DNA of 64,000 nucleotides from an uncultured Acidobacteriota bacterium (GTDB lineage: Bacteria > Acidobacteriota > Terriglobia > UBA7540). Under the pieces are notes generated by a model. The model saw only the letters and a list, made by a program, of their open reading frames with translations. It made no database searches and was not told where the DNA came from. The stretch lies in contig CAWDSK010000005.1 in the NCBI GenBank assembly GCA_963804995.1, positions 544,001 to 608,000 of the forward strand. Direction: 5' to 3'. A program made the translations under genes and the position numbers. Shown one piece after another: positions 30,869-41,945 of this stretch; the stretch's first letter is position 1; the number at the start of each line of letters is the position of its first letter.

Positions 30869-32894
30869 TTACATCCGGGGCATTTCGAGATCGATCCAAC
30901 TGGCAATCCCGTCGCGTCCGGCGTTGTTGCGCGGCCAGACCTTCAAGCGATTTCGTCCGGCGTGCAACTTCCAAGGGAAGATTGCCTTTACTGAGGATTT
31001 CTCACCACCATCGATCTCGGCCAGAAAAGTTTCGAACCCGGGGGTCTCGGTGTCCAGGTGGACCACGAATTCGCCCGGCGTTCGAGGTGGGTTCAAGAGC
31101 GAAGTGGGCCTGGTTGAGCGTCCATTCGAAATTGCCGTGCCGCGTGACCAGGTTCGGGTAGAGCAGTTCGGCGGGCACGTCCGCATCGGTCCAGACGTCA
31201 AATCCGTTCCAGGTCCAACCGCCTTTGCCATTGTTGAGCGGCAAGGGCCACTTCTGCTCCAGGAAATTGCTCCTTGGGATAAGCCGCAATTCCGCGAACG
31301 ACATGTCAACATCCAGCCCGCGCCACTGGAGCTTCGGGTCCACATCCGCGATATGCACGATCCGCGTGGGTTCCACTGGTTGGCCGCGAAGCACACGGAG
31401 CTGACGCTGCCGCACCTCATACAAAGAAAGCGGTACGCCGGAGGCCCCGTCTGCTGGGTAATAGGCGGCCGTGCCATCGACCCAGATCCACTTCCGGAAT
31501 TGGTTCGACCAGATCTCCATCGGTTCGTGACCAATGATGGTCGGGCGCCCCAACCTTCCGCAACTGATGGAAATATCCCTGCCCGCGAATCCGAAACTCT
31601 CGCACGCCTGCAAGAACACAAGGTCGTATTGCTGGCAGAAACCCCCGACCGGTTTGCCGTCAGGGCCTTTTTTCAGGATTTCGAGCGCGTCCCAGGCGGG
31701 ATAGAATTGGTCCAGGTGCCACTCCTGCCATTTCCATTGGTGTGATGACCAGGCCGCCAGCTTGGTGATGATGTTGAGTTCGGTCTTCGCGCCGCTTACG
31801 ACGTCGTCAAGCCGGTAACGCGCTCGCAGTTCCTTCAGCTTCGGCTGCGTGAACGGTTCGTAGCGGAAGGGAATGGAGGTGCGCACGATTTCTTCATTGT
31901 GGGAATCGACCACCTTTATGGCCTTCGTCCAATCCTTCGCCAGTTGGGGGTCGGTAGTCAAAGTCATCTCGCGCAGCTTGGGCGTAAACAGCGGGTCCGC
32001 GGTCGAGAGTGCCACCTCAACCTGGACAAAGCGGCCACGCGGCGCTTTGAGAATGCCATCGCGATCGAGCGGCATCCACTGCGACCACGTTTTCGGGCTC
32101 GGCACATACGCCGTTCCAGATCGCACTCGAAGGGTCACGCCGCTCTTGGGGTCGAGCGCAGGGGAAACGGAGACCCGTAGCGGACCGGGCGCGGTAAGCG
32201 GTGGCGCCAGCGGATTCCCCCCCAGGTTGGCGACATCCATCACCGGCAGCAGGATGGAGCCGCGGGAGAGAAAGTGCTCAAGATACACCCGGACGTAGTA
32301 CTCTCCGGCGACATTGCACGCCGGACCGAGGCGGTCCACATTCCAGGACTTTCCCCCATCGGCGCTGCGCGCGCTACGGTGCGGCAATTCCTCGTAAGAA
32401 TCATCGGCGTGCGCGATCCGGACCATCCCGGTGCCCCGGATGACGATGTCGTTCATTCCCGGCTTGAGTGCCGCCGGATCAATCGGGTACGCCTGCCATT
32501 CCCCGTAGGATATCTTTTGGGGTGCTCCGAGATTCTGGGGGTGGCCGTTCACCTCGATTTTCAGGTCGCCACCGGGACCCACCATCAGGACCGCCTTACT
32601 CGCCCGGGGATCGGGAATCAGGAGTTGCTTGCGAATGTCGATGCCGGGTGAAAGCTCCTCGCTGGTTGGCTTATAGGAGAAGCCGGAGGCGGGCCCGTCG
32701 TCCTGGAAAACTTCGCCTGACTTCAGTTGTAGTGTCGCGCCATCTGGTGAGAGGGTAATGTTACTGCTCACGGCGCCTTCGTAAATCTTGGCGGCATCGA
32801 GGCGGAGCGTCGCTGCCTGCGCCGGGCCCAATGCGAAGGCCGCAAGTACCGCTGCTCCGAGCGACTGTCGAGCGATCCGTAACCATAAGGGCAT
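30869..32894 (-). CDS. Secreted transglutaminase-like domain protein, frameshift ~31080
   Basis: GGFCQQY, GHEPMEIWSN and KWIWVD give a Cys-His-Asp triad; the C-terminus TPGEFVVHLDTETPGF... is in a second frame. Confidence 0.75.
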
Positions 32895-33329
32895 ATTTTT
32901 CCTCTTAACAATTTGTGTTGTATTGCGGCCTATGAGAACCGGTCCAACACACGCGGAGAATTGAGGGCGTCATTATAGTAGCGCTTCCAGGAAACATTTG
33001 TTTCCCTTTTTGGAAGGCGTATAGCCGGGGTGCAACCGTGCGCCAGTAGCCCGCGAGGTGTGTGGAAGGCCGTAGCACAGGTCGCAAGAAGCCGTGAAAA
33101 ATCGGCATCCTTGCCGCCGAGGCGCTGAGACGCAGAGTAAGGGTCTTTGGCTTTCAAATCTCCGCTCCTCCGGGGCATGGACAGCCAGAGGCAACGCCGC
33201 AATTGTATTATTCTAAGGCCGCCGCACGGGGGTGGTAACGCAAAATCGCCGCAAGGATTGGCTCTCTCGTCCCGGGGCCCCTCGGGTATCTGCCGAGCGT
33301 TCCAGCGCGTCACGAGGTCTTATGTTCCA

Positions 33330-33367
33330 TTGACATACTCCCACTTCTTGTTAAACTCAAAGTGGGA
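33330..33367 (+). promoter_or_regulatory. TA promoter with inverted-repeat operator
   Basis: TTGACA-16 nt-TAAACT (extended TG); TCCCACTT / AAGTGGGA inverted repeat. Confidence 0.65.
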
Positions 33368-33393
33368 TTTAGAAATCACTATGGAGAGGAATC

Positions 33394-33660
33394 GTGAACA
33401 CAAAACGCACTCACATTGTCATTCCTGAGCAGTTGGTAACTCGAATTGACATCATCGTGGGCAAACGAGGCCGGAGCAAATTCCTGACCCAAGCCGCTGA
33501 AAAAGAGCTCATGCGCCTCGGCCAGCTCAAGGCCCTTGAAGCTGCCGCCGGTTCCTGGAAAGACAAGGATCATCCCGAGCTGAAACGCGGAGCAGCGAAG
33601 TGGGTAGACAAGTTACGCCGCCAGGACGAGAAGCGCTTCGAGAAAGTGACAGCCCGCTAA
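33394..33660 (+). CDS. RHH-type antitoxin (VapB-like)
   Basis: KRTHIVIPEQL..ID...GKRGRSKFL; directly upstream of a PIN gene. Confidence 0.8.
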   Translation: MNTKRTHIVIPEQLVTRIDIIVGKRGRSKFLTQAAEKELMRLGQLKALEAAAGSWKDKDHPELKRGAAKWVDKLRRQDEKRFEKVTAR

Positions 33661-33661
33661 C

Positions 33662-34049
33662 ATGGCCACTTACCTTCTCGATTCGAGTGTCATTATTGAC
33701 GCTTTGAACGGCAAGCACAACCGGGACCAACTCTTCAAAGCACTCCTAGAACGGGGTCACCTGCTGGCCTGCTGTCCAATCAACGTGACAGAAGTCTACG
33801 CCGGTCTTCGGTCCCACGAGGAAACTCGGACGAGGGAACTTCTCGAAGAGCTTGCAGTACTTTCCGATCGTGTGGCCAGTTGCCCGTTTGGCGGGCCTGC
33901 TGAAATGTGACTATGCCCGCAAAGGCACTACCCTGGCAACCACCGACGCTACCATTGCAGCGGTCGCCATCCACCACCAACTTACTCTTATCACCGGTAA
34001 TCTTAAACACTATCCGATGAAGGAACTGAGCATCTACCCCCTGCCTTGA
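33662..34049 (+). CDS. vapC: VapC/PIN toxin, frameshifted ~33848
   Basis: YLLDSSVIID and VTEVYAG, then DATIAAVA..LITGNLKHYP in the +1 frame. Confidence 0.85.
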
Positions 34050-34068
34050 TCCCGACAATGATGACAGC

Positions 34069-34320
34069 TCACACCCGACAGCTTACGTCTTGTGACGGGC
34101 GGGTAGCCTCGGTGGCGCTGCGGCGGAAATAGTCCAGCCAAAAGGCGGGATCGTAGTTGCCCGGATCGTCCTCTACGAAGGCGAGTTGCGCCCAGCGCAT
34201 CGGAAGGTCGTACCATCCTTTTTGATCTGACCCGGCCACTTCCCAAGCAATGTCAGGGCTGCCCGTGGCTAGCAACGACCCGATGGCGACCGTCTGCAAA
34301 AAATCACGTCGGTTTACCAT
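34069..34320 (-). pseudogene. 5' fragment of a Tat-exported glycoside hydrolase-like protein
   Basis: VNRRDFL Tat motif and WYDLPMRWAQLAFVEDDPGNYDPAFWLDYFRR, then an abrupt end next to vapC. Confidence 0.65.
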
Positions 34321-34409
34321 GACCCAAACCTCCTTCGACCTAAGAGTCGAAACTCCAGGCGGGAACTACTGATGTGCGTTGCAGGTAACGATACTTGAAG
34401 CGCCGCCCT

Positions 34410-34707
34410 TATGTTTTCTAATTCATAAGTTATAAATTGTTCCGACGCCCCGCGCGTATAAGTAACCCCTCATCCGGCCTCATACGTCGGCCACCTTCTT
34501 CCGCCACGGCGGAACTGCGACCCCTGGAACAAGGCTGGGATTTAGGATGCCTAGCCCTCTCCGAGGGGAGAGGGTGGACCGCCGCCGGCGCCCTCATCAG
34601 CCGGGGCGGGACGGGTGAGGGGGTACGTGGGCGTTTGAGAATTCTACAAGTTAGGAATTCAAAAAACATTCGCGAGGCACATGCCGGGCTAAAGCCCGGC
34701 GCTTCAA
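34410..34707. repeat. ~300-bp composite MITE-like repeat, inverted copy of 49843-50168
   Basis: Shares AT-rich sub-terminal arms (TTCATAAGTTATAAA / TTCTACAAGTTAGGAATTCAAAAA) and central CCCTCTCC..GGAGAGGG hairpins. Confidence 0.75.
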
Positions 34708-34812
34708 AATCGACCTTTAGGAAGTCCGCCGCGCGGGATGAAGATTTATACGCAGCATTGCGATCCGGTGTTAAATTGCTGCTTCGAATTGCCTTAAAGA
34801 AAGGCCGCCCCG

Positions 34813-37041
34813 ATGAAATTCTACCAGCTTGTCTTGATGTTGGTTCTCGAATCCAGCCTGGCGCTGGGCCAAGGCTTGGAATGCGACCTCCGCGAATATA
34901 AGCCGCTCGATGGGTTAAAAGCCGAGGTCGTCGCTGGAGAATTGCAGGTCTCCTGGCAGGGGGAGCGCGACCAGCAGTTGCGCGCCGTCTTCGCCGTGGT
35001 GAAGGGTCAGCCCTGGGTGAGGGAACTCGCGGTTCGCAAAGGACCGGACCCTTGGAGGGTGCTGGGGCGCAATCTTTACCCAGAGTTCGATGTGGTCAGC
35101 GGCCGGCGGCGTCTTTCTGAGCAGCAAGCTGCGCCCATGCGCGCACTGGGAATCGCCCTGACGCCCGATGTCATCGAACGGGAAAAGTGGAATGCTTTTT
35201 GGGATGCGCCGCTCGAGGTTCCGGGAAATCCCGGTACCAATCTCAACTTGCCGCGAGCAGCGCAGGAAATTCGCCGGGCCACGGCTACTTACCAAGTGAC
35301 CGGGTGCCGGGTGAAGACCGAGGGGGCGCGTCTGGAAATCACTTTTCCCGGCCTCTCCTTGGGGATTTTTGCGGGAGATTTGCGTTTCACGGTTTATCGC
35401 GGAGCTAACCTTCTGCGCCAGGAGGCCATCGCCAAGACCGACGAGCCTTCCGTGGCCTACAAATACAATGCAGGTCTGAAGGGTTTTGCCATCAAAACTG
35501 CGCCACGCGTCGTCTGGCAGGACGTGTCCCGCACCTGGCAGCAGTACGAATTTGGCGGGGGTGTCAACAATGACCCGGTGGCCCTGCGTGCCCGCAACCG
35601 CCTGATGATTGTGGAAACTGCGGGTGGGTCACTCGCCATCTTTCCGCCCTCCCACAAATTCTTTTTCGCCCGCGAAATCGAGCTGAACCTCGGCTACGTT
35701 TGGTATCGCAAAGATGACGACCAGACGTTTTCCGCCGGCGTGCGGCAGGCCGAGCACGAAGAAGAGGAGCGGCCGTTCGGAGTTTCAGAGAACGAGTGGC
35801 GGCGGCGCGCCTCGGAATCGCGTGGCAATCTGGGAAACTTCGCGCTTTACAACGCTCCGCCGGGAACCTGGCAGCGCATGCCGGTTTATTATTACTTGAG
35901 TGCCGGCGATGGCCGCTCAACGCAGGGCAAGGTCCTGGCCTTTACCCACAACGACACCTTCAAACCGCTGCCGGGCTACCAGGTTATGGTCAGCCATTTT
36001 CACACGCGCTTCACCGAAATGTTGGAGGACGCAGGCACTCTTGATCTACAACCGGGCTTTTTACCGGTCTTCCGCGGGCTGGGGATCAATATCGCGATGA
36101 TGTCGGATTTCCACGGCAGCGAATTGCACCCCAAAGATCCCGGTCCCATTCGCTTCCGGGAGCAGAAGGATTACTTCGACGCCTGCCGCCGTTTTTCCGA
36201 TCGTAGCTTCCTGATCATGCCGGGTGAGGAGCCGGACGGCGCCCTGGGCGGCCACTACACCTTCGTGTTCCCCAAGCCTGTCTATTGGAGCCGCGTGCGG
36301 GAAGCCGGCCAGCCTTTTACGGAGCAGGATCCCAAGTACGGCAAGGTGTACCACCCGGGTTCGGCGGCGGAGGAATTGCAGTTGCTTCAAGACGAGCAGG
36401 GTTTGATGTGGCAGACGCACCCGCGGACGAAAGGCTCCACCGGTTACCCCGATGCGGTGCGAGCTTGGGACCATTTCAAAAGCGACCGGTTCCTGGGCGC
36501 CTCCTACCAATCCTTGCCGGTGGATCTATCCGAACCCCGCATTTGTGAGAAGCGCTGCTTCGGCGTTCTGGACGATATGAATAATTGGGCCGGCCCGAAG
36601 TTCATGATAGCCGAGGGTGACACCTATTTGAAATATCCGGACGATGAGACCTATCCGCACCTGATCGTGAATTACGTCAAGCTGGCTCACCTTCCGGGTT
36701 TCGACGAGGACTGGAGCCCGATTCTCCACGCCATGCGGGCTGGCGATTTCTATGTGAGCACCGGCGAAGTCCTCTTGCGGAATTACGCCATTGAAGGCAC
36801 GGGCGCGACGCGAACTTTCACAGCAGACGCGGAATGGACCTTCCCCCCGGAATTTGTGGAGTTGGTTTGGAGCGATGGGACGACCGTCGACCGGAAAGTT
36901 ATTTCGGAAACAGAACTTGCGCCCTTCGGCAGCCAGCGCTTTTCAATCCCCTTTGACGCCACCGGCAAAAAGTGGGTTCGGTTTGCCATCTGGGATTCAG
37001 CCGGCAATGGAGCCTTTACCCAGCCTACCCATCTGCGGTAG
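34813..37041 (+). CDS. Secreted hypothetical protein with a C-terminal PHP-like metallohydrolase domain
   Basis: Signal peptide; SHFH, SDFH, PGEE..GH and THPR motifs. Confidence 0.65.
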   Translation: MKFYQLVLMLVLESSLALGQGLECDLREYKPLDGLKAEVVAGELQVSWQGERDQQLRAVFAVVKGQPWVRELAVRKGPDPWRVLGRNLYPEFDVVSGRRRLSEQQAAPMRALGIALTPDVIEREKWNAFWDAPLEVPGNPGTNLNLPRAAQEIRRATATYQVTGCRVKTEGARLEITFPGLSLGIFAGDLRFTVYRGANLLRQEAIAKTDEPSVAYKYNAGLKGFAIKTAPRVVWQDVSRTWQQYEFGGGVNNDPVALRARNRLMIVETAGGSLAIFPPSHKFFFAREIELNLGYVWYRKDDDQTFSAGVRQAEHEEEERPFGVSENEWRRRASESRGNLGNFALYNAPPGTWQRMPVYYYLSAGDGRSTQGKVLAFTHNDTFKPLPGYQVMVSHFHTRFTEMLEDAGTLDLQPGFLPVFRGLGINIAMMSDFHGSELHPKDPGPIRFREQKDYFDACRRFSDRSFLIMPGEEPDGALGGHYTFVFPKPVYWSRVREAGQPFTEQDPKYGKVYHPGSAAEELQLLQDEQGLMWQTHPRTKGSTGYPDAVRAWDHFKSDRFLGASYQSLPVDLSEPRICEKRCFGVLDDMNNWAGPKFMIAEGDTYLKYPDDETYPHLIVNYVKLAHLPGFDEDWSPILHAMRAGDFYVSTGEVLLRNYAIEGTGATRTFTADAEWTFPPEFVELVWSDGTTVDRKVISETELAPFGSQRFSIPFDATGKKWVRFAIWDSAGNGAFTQPTHLR

Positions 37042-37179
37042 GGTTATGCGGAAGTCAGCAATCTCACTCTTACCCAAGAGACGCTGGGGAGCATCGCGCC
37101 GCGGCGCTCTGCATACTTGCCACGCACGCGGATGGAACGGACTTTCAAACCAAAACAAGAGGGGAGCGGAGTTTGCCTT

Positions 37180-38604
37180 ATGAACAAGATATCACGACGT
37201 AGTTTCGCACAGGCCCTCGCGGGCCTAAGCGCGTCTTCGCTGGCGGCGGCTGCGGGCGCCCCGAAATCGTTCCCAAGCACCCACGGGAACGCTGCTTCTA
37301 CCGCTGGGCTCAACGTGGCCGCCTTCTCCTGTGACATCACGCCTCCCATCGGGAGCCCCTTGCAGTACTGCCAGCCGCCGGTGGCGACCAGCGTAGAGAG
37401 TCCGCTCCTGGCCAAGGGGATCATCTTGTCGGACGGGAGCACCCGCTACTGCCTCTGCGCCTTTGACTATTGTGAGATTCACACGGGCGCCCACGATCTA
37501 TTTCGCCGGGGAATTGCGGATGCCCTCGGCGTGAATGAGCTGCAAGTCGAGGTGCACTGTATCCACCAGCACGATGCGCCCATGAACGACTCCGATGCCG
37601 AAATGCTTTTGGATTTGATGCCGTCGCCTCCCCATATTACGGATCTTGCTTTTCTCAAATTGGCTGCCGAAAGGGTTTCCTCTGCCGCCCGCAATGCCCT
37701 GGACCGCCTCACGCCTTTGACGCACATTGGTTGCGGCAAAGCGGAGGTGGAGAAGGTCACCTCCAACCGGCGCGTCCCGATGCCGGACGGCTCCATCGGA
37801 GTGCGATACACGGCCTCGACCGATCCCGTACTGATCGCCGCGCCGGAAGGCCTGATCGATCCCTGGCTGCGAACCATCACCTTTTTCGATCGGGAGCGGC
37901 CCCTCGCGCGGCTGCATTACTACGCCTCGCACCCCCAAAGCCACTATGGTCAGGGGCATATGACCCCGGACTTCCCCGGCTTGGCTCGGGAGCAATTGGA
38001 GAAGGAAGAAGGTGTGCCGCAGATTTACTTTACCGGCTGTGGCGGCAATATCGGCGCCGGGAAGTACAACGATGGTTCTCCGGAAGCCCGCGTGCAATTG
38101 ACGGAGCGGATGTATCAGGGCATGAAAGGAGCCATCGCGGCGACCCGCAAGGAGCCTTGCTCTGGTATTTCCTGGAAGACTGACGAAGTCAGGTTTGCCC
38201 TGCGCACCGAGCCGGATTTTTCAGAATCTCACCTTCGCGAAGTGCTTCGAGACCCCAATCAACCCTATGGGGAGCGGACGAAGGCCGTGTTAGCTTTGGC
38301 ATGGTACAACCGTGTGAAGGTGCGGCCCACGGTCGACGTGAGTCTCTATCGCCTGGGACCCGCCCGCATTCTGCATCTGCCGGGCGAATGCTTTGTAGAG
38401 TATCAACTCTATGCCCAGGGGCTCCGGCCTGATGACTTCCTTGCAGTAGCCGCATACGGCGAGCTCGGCCCCGTATACATCTGTACCGATAAGGCCATTA
38501 CCGAGGGGGGATACGAACCAACGGATTCCTTCGTGGGGCCGCCCAGTGAAAGGCTCTTGAAAGATGCCATCGCAAGACTGCTGGCGGATCAGCGCACAGG
38601 CTGA
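37180..38604 (+). CDS. Tat-exported neutral/alkaline ceramidase-like protein
   Basis: ISRRSFA; DITPP, HQHDAP, YYASHP, GCGGN, LPGE and EGGYE motifs. Confidence 0.8.
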   Translation: MNKISRRSFAQALAGLSASSLAAAAGAPKSFPSTHGNAASTAGLNVAAFSCDITPPIGSPLQYCQPPVATSVESPLLAKGIILSDGSTRYCLCAFDYCEIHTGAHDLFRRGIADALGVNELQVEVHCIHQHDAPMNDSDAEMLLDLMPSPPHITDLAFLKLAAERVSSAARNALDRLTPLTHIGCGKAEVEKVTSNRRVPMPDGSIGVRYTASTDPVLIAAPEGLIDPWLRTITFFDRERPLARLHYYASHPQSHYGQGHMTPDFPGLAREQLEKEEGVPQIYFTGCGGNIGAGKYNDGSPEARVQLTERMYQGMKGAIAATRKEPCSGISWKTDEVRFALRTEPDFSESHLREVLRDPNQPYGERTKAVLALAWYNRVKVRPTVDVSLYRLGPARILHLPGECFVEYQLYAQGLRPDDFLAVAAYGELGPVYICTDKAITEGGYEPTDSFVGPPSERLLKDAIARLLADQRTG

Positions 38605-38731
38605 GCGTGTCAGACTACCCACGGCGGGAGCAGATTGGGATCACCCGAACGACCACGGTACCCGAAGCGAAGTCATGGGTGAGTACAGGTACCCAGGGAT
38701 TTAAGGACATCCTTAATTCCGAGGAGGGGAT

Positions 38732-40087
38732 ATGCACATCGGCAAGGTATCAACACTGTTTATCTGCTTGGCTCTCACCGCAGGCGCGCAGGCCCAGGCC
38801 GCTTGGAAGGCTGGCGTGGCCAAGGTTGATATTACGCCCACGGAGCCAATTTGGATGGCCGGGTACTCATCGCGCGTGAAACCATCAGAGGGCATACGGA
38901 AGAATCTGTACGTCGTTGCACTCGCCCTCGAGGATGAGACCGGCGCAAAATCTGTGCTCGTCACGTTCGATCTGGTCAAAATCGGGCGCGATTGGGGGAA
39001 GGCTATCACCGACCGCAGCCAACAGGAGTTCGGGGTGACGCGCGACCACATCGTGTTGAATTGCTCGCACACCCATAGCGGGCCGGTGACCGGCGAGGTG
39101 GCTCCCTATTACGCTTCCCTGACTCCTGCGCAGGTGGAGGTGGAACGGCGCTACACCCACGCCATGGTCGACAAGGCGGTGGGGGCGGTGGGGCAAGCGA
39201 TCCGGAATATGTCACCGGCCACGCTGGAATTTGAACAGGGACTGGCAGGCATTGGCGTGAACCGCCGGCGGGTGCGACTGCGCTCGCTGCCTGGCGCGGT
39301 GGACCAGGACGTTCCGGTGCTGGCCGTACGCGGTGCGAACGGAGAGTTGCGGGCGGTGGTGGTCGGTTACGCTTGCCACGCCACGGCGCTGGGGGATTAC
39401 CAGATCAACGCGGACTGGCCGGGTTACGCCAAAGAAGAAATCGAGAAGGCGCATCCGGGCACGATTGCCCTTTTCGTCCAGGGTTGCGGCGCTGACGAGA
39501 ATCCGCTGCCGCGTTATCAGGGCGAAGATCCCACCCTGCTTCATTACTCGGTGGAGCTGCCGCAAATGTATGGAAAGATCCTCGCGGCTGCTGTCGATCT
39601 GGTGCTGCATGAAAAGATGACGTCGCTCGCGGGGCCCCTCCGCACCGCTTACGAGACGGTGGACATTCCTATCCGCCCGGCGAGCAAGGAGCAGTTGCAG
39701 GCTGCGCTGAACAGCAGCAACAGTGACGAACGCTCCGCGGCGAAGTTGTTGCTGGCCAAGCTGGGCCCGGACGGGAAGCTGCCGGACCACTATGCCTACC
39801 CGGTTGAAGTCTGGCAGTTCGGCCGTGGGTTGAAGTTCATCGCCCTCTCCGGCGAGGTGGTAGTTGATTACTCGCTTCGACTGAAGGCGCAGTACGGGTG
39901 GGATGCGACTTGGGTCGCAGGCTATTCGAATGACGTCTTCGCGTACATCCCCTCGCTGAGAGTTTTGCGCGAAGGGGGCTACGAAGGTGGCGACGCGAAT
40001 AAGGATTTGGGAGGTCCCTTCGGTGCAGCGGTGGAAGAGGACATTGTGGAGAAGGTGGCCGACTTAGTGAAGCGCACCGGAGAATAA
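38732..40087 (+). CDS. Neutral/alkaline ceramidase N-terminal domain protein
   Basis: VDITP..MAGY, SHTHSGP, YACHAT, QGCGAD, GEVV and YIPS..EGGYE motifs. Confidence 0.85.
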   Translation: MHIGKVSTLFICLALTAGAQAQAAWKAGVAKVDITPTEPIWMAGYSSRVKPSEGIRKNLYVVALALEDETGAKSVLVTFDLVKIGRDWGKAITDRSQQEFGVTRDHIVLNCSHTHSGPVTGEVAPYYASLTPAQVEVERRYTHAMVDKAVGAVGQAIRNMSPATLEFEQGLAGIGVNRRRVRLRSLPGAVDQDVPVLAVRGANGELRAVVVGYACHATALGDYQINADWPGYAKEEIEKAHPGTIALFVQGCGADENPLPRYQGEDPTLLHYSVELPQMYGKILAAAVDLVLHEKMTSLAGPLRTAYETVDIPIRPASKEQLQAALNSSNSDERSAAKLLLAKLGPDGKLPDHYAYPVEVWQFGRGLKFIALSGEVVVDYSLRLKAQYGWDATWVAGYSNDVFAYIPSLRVLREGGYEGGDANKDLGGPFGAAVEEDIVEKVADLVKRTGE

Positions 40088-40507
40088 GTGGGGTCGCGCA
40101 GCGGGGCCGAGTCCTTGATGAAAAGTCCTATGGAAAAACGCCAGAGGTTGGGGAAATTGGTGGGACCTCGCTCGCTATGCCCCGCGGAGAGCAACAAGTG
40201 GGACATGTCCCACATTGACGAAACGTCGTGAGCCAATGAAGGTTGAGTAGCCGGGCGCGCCGTACCCACCGGGGCCTGCAGGAGAGACTCAAGCGGCAAA
40301 GGGGACCGGGCAAAAGTGAAAATCCGTACCCCCAATTATCCTTGCTCAAGTAACCAGGAATTATGCCTTGGCATTGCGTCGTTCAGGCTGCTCAACCTCT
40401 GGGCTCGCAGGCTAGCCATCTGTTGCACAGTTTTGAAACGGACCTTCTCATGCTGGTACTGCGGCCTTGTGACGGAAGGAAATCCCATTTGAAATGAGGT
40501 GCGCACC

Positions 40508-41695
40508 ATGAGCAACCTCACGCCCGACGTGGCGAGGGCAGTGGCGGATCGGCCAGAAACATTTTCCGCACCCCCTGCGCGCGCGGTCTTACCCGGCAGG
40601 GTCATGTCGATTGACGCCCTGCGCGGCTTTGACATGTTCTGGCTGATGAATGGCCGCGGCATCGTGCTGGCGTGGGCGGCGCTGGCGGGAGGATGGTGGG
40701 AGGAAGCGGCGCGGGTTCAATTCTCGCATTCCGACTTCATGGGCTCCTGGGTGGGGTTCAATTTTTGGGACTTCATCGCGCCTCTATTCCTATTCGTGAT
40801 CGGGCTCAGCATGCCGTATTCGATTTCGAGGCGCCTGGAGCGGGGTGAGAGTCGCCGCAGGCTGTACCGCCACATCGTGCAGCGCACCGTGGTGCTGATC
40901 GTGCTCGGCTGGCTCATGAACGGCTGGCTGGCGTTCCAGTTGCCACTGCGGCTTAGCGGAGTGCTGCCGCGCGTGGCGCTCTCCTACTTCATCGCTGCCC
41001 TGATTGTCATGGGAGCGAGCCGGCGCGGCCAAGTGGCGTGGACCGCGGGCATCCTGCTGGGCTATTGGGCGGTGATGGCGCTGGTCCCCGTGCCGGGATA
41101 CGGCGCCGGCGTGTACACGGCGGCCGGCAACCTCTCCGGTTACATCGACCGCTTGTTACTGCCGGGCAAGTACTGCTGCGCTCCGTATGTGCCGTACGGA
41201 GATCACATGGGCATTCTCGGCACGTTCCCCTCCGCCATGCACGTGATGCTGGGAGTTTTCTGCGGATACCTGGTGCGGTCCGCGTTGCCACACCGAAGGA
41301 AACTGCTGATCCTCGCGGGCGGCGGGGTGGCGAGCCTCGCCGTGGGCAAGGCCTGGGGCCTGGTGTTTCCCATCATCATGCCGCTCTGGACCAGTTCTTT
41401 CGTGCTTTACAGCAACGGCTGGAGCATGCTGCTGTTCGCGCTTTTCTACTGGATCATCGACGTGCGCGGCTACCGGAAGTGGGCCTTCCCGTTCGTAGTG
41501 ATCGGAATGAACGCCATCGCCATTTATGTCCTGGATAACCAGTTCCCCTTCGGGGACGTTGCGAACATTTTCTTTCGCGGAGTGGTCCTGCACTCGGGCA
41601 GCCTCGCACCGCTCGTTTCCGCGGTGACCCTGGTAGGCACGGAATGGGCGTTCCTCTATTTCTTGTATCGCAAGAAGATTTTCATCAAAGTGTGA
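40508..41695 (+). CDS. DUF5009 / heparan-alpha-glucosaminide N-acetyltransferase-like membrane protein
   Basis: RVMSIDALRGF, DFIAPLFLF, LWTSSF, GMNAI and RKKIFIKV motifs; multiple TM segments. Confidence 0.85.
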   Translation: MSNLTPDVARAVADRPETFSAPPARAVLPGRVMSIDALRGFDMFWLMNGRGIVLAWAALAGGWWEEAARVQFSHSDFMGSWVGFNFWDFIAPLFLFVIGLSMPYSISRRLERGESRRRLYRHIVQRTVVLIVLGWLMNGWLAFQLPLRLSGVLPRVALSYFIAALIVMGASRRGQVAWTAGILLGYWAVMALVPVPGYGAGVYTAAGNLSGYIDRLLLPGKYCCAPYVPYGDHMGILGTFPSAMHVMLGVFCGYLVRSALPHRRKLLILAGGGVASLAVGKAWGLVFPIIMPLWTSSFVLYSNGWSMLLFALFYWIIDVRGYRKWAFPFVVIGMNAIAIYVLDNQFPFGDVANIFFRGVVLHSGSLAPLVSAVTLVGTEWAFLYFLYRKKIFIKV

Positions 41696-41737
41696 AAGCC
41701 GGGTAGCGTGGTGCGGCGGAGCCGCAACCCAGGAAGA

Positions 41738-41873
41738 ATTCACCACAGAGGCCACAGAGGTCACGGAGATCGGACGGAGGAAAAGCTGGGAGTCAAAAAA
41801 CCAGGAACCGTGATCTCTGTCCCGACAGACTGGAATATTTTTCTCTGTGGTCTCTGTGCTCTCTGTGGTGAAT
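41738..41873. repeat. ATTCACCACAGAG...CTCTGTGGTGAAT inverted repeat
   Basis: Terminal inverted arms with nonamer-like subrepeats. Confidence 0.75.
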
Positions 41874-41945
41874 CTTTTCCTTTGCAGCAATCGAAGAGGT
41901 TGGCCCTAAGCAGTAGGTTGTCCTTAACCGTCAACCCCAAAGCGG

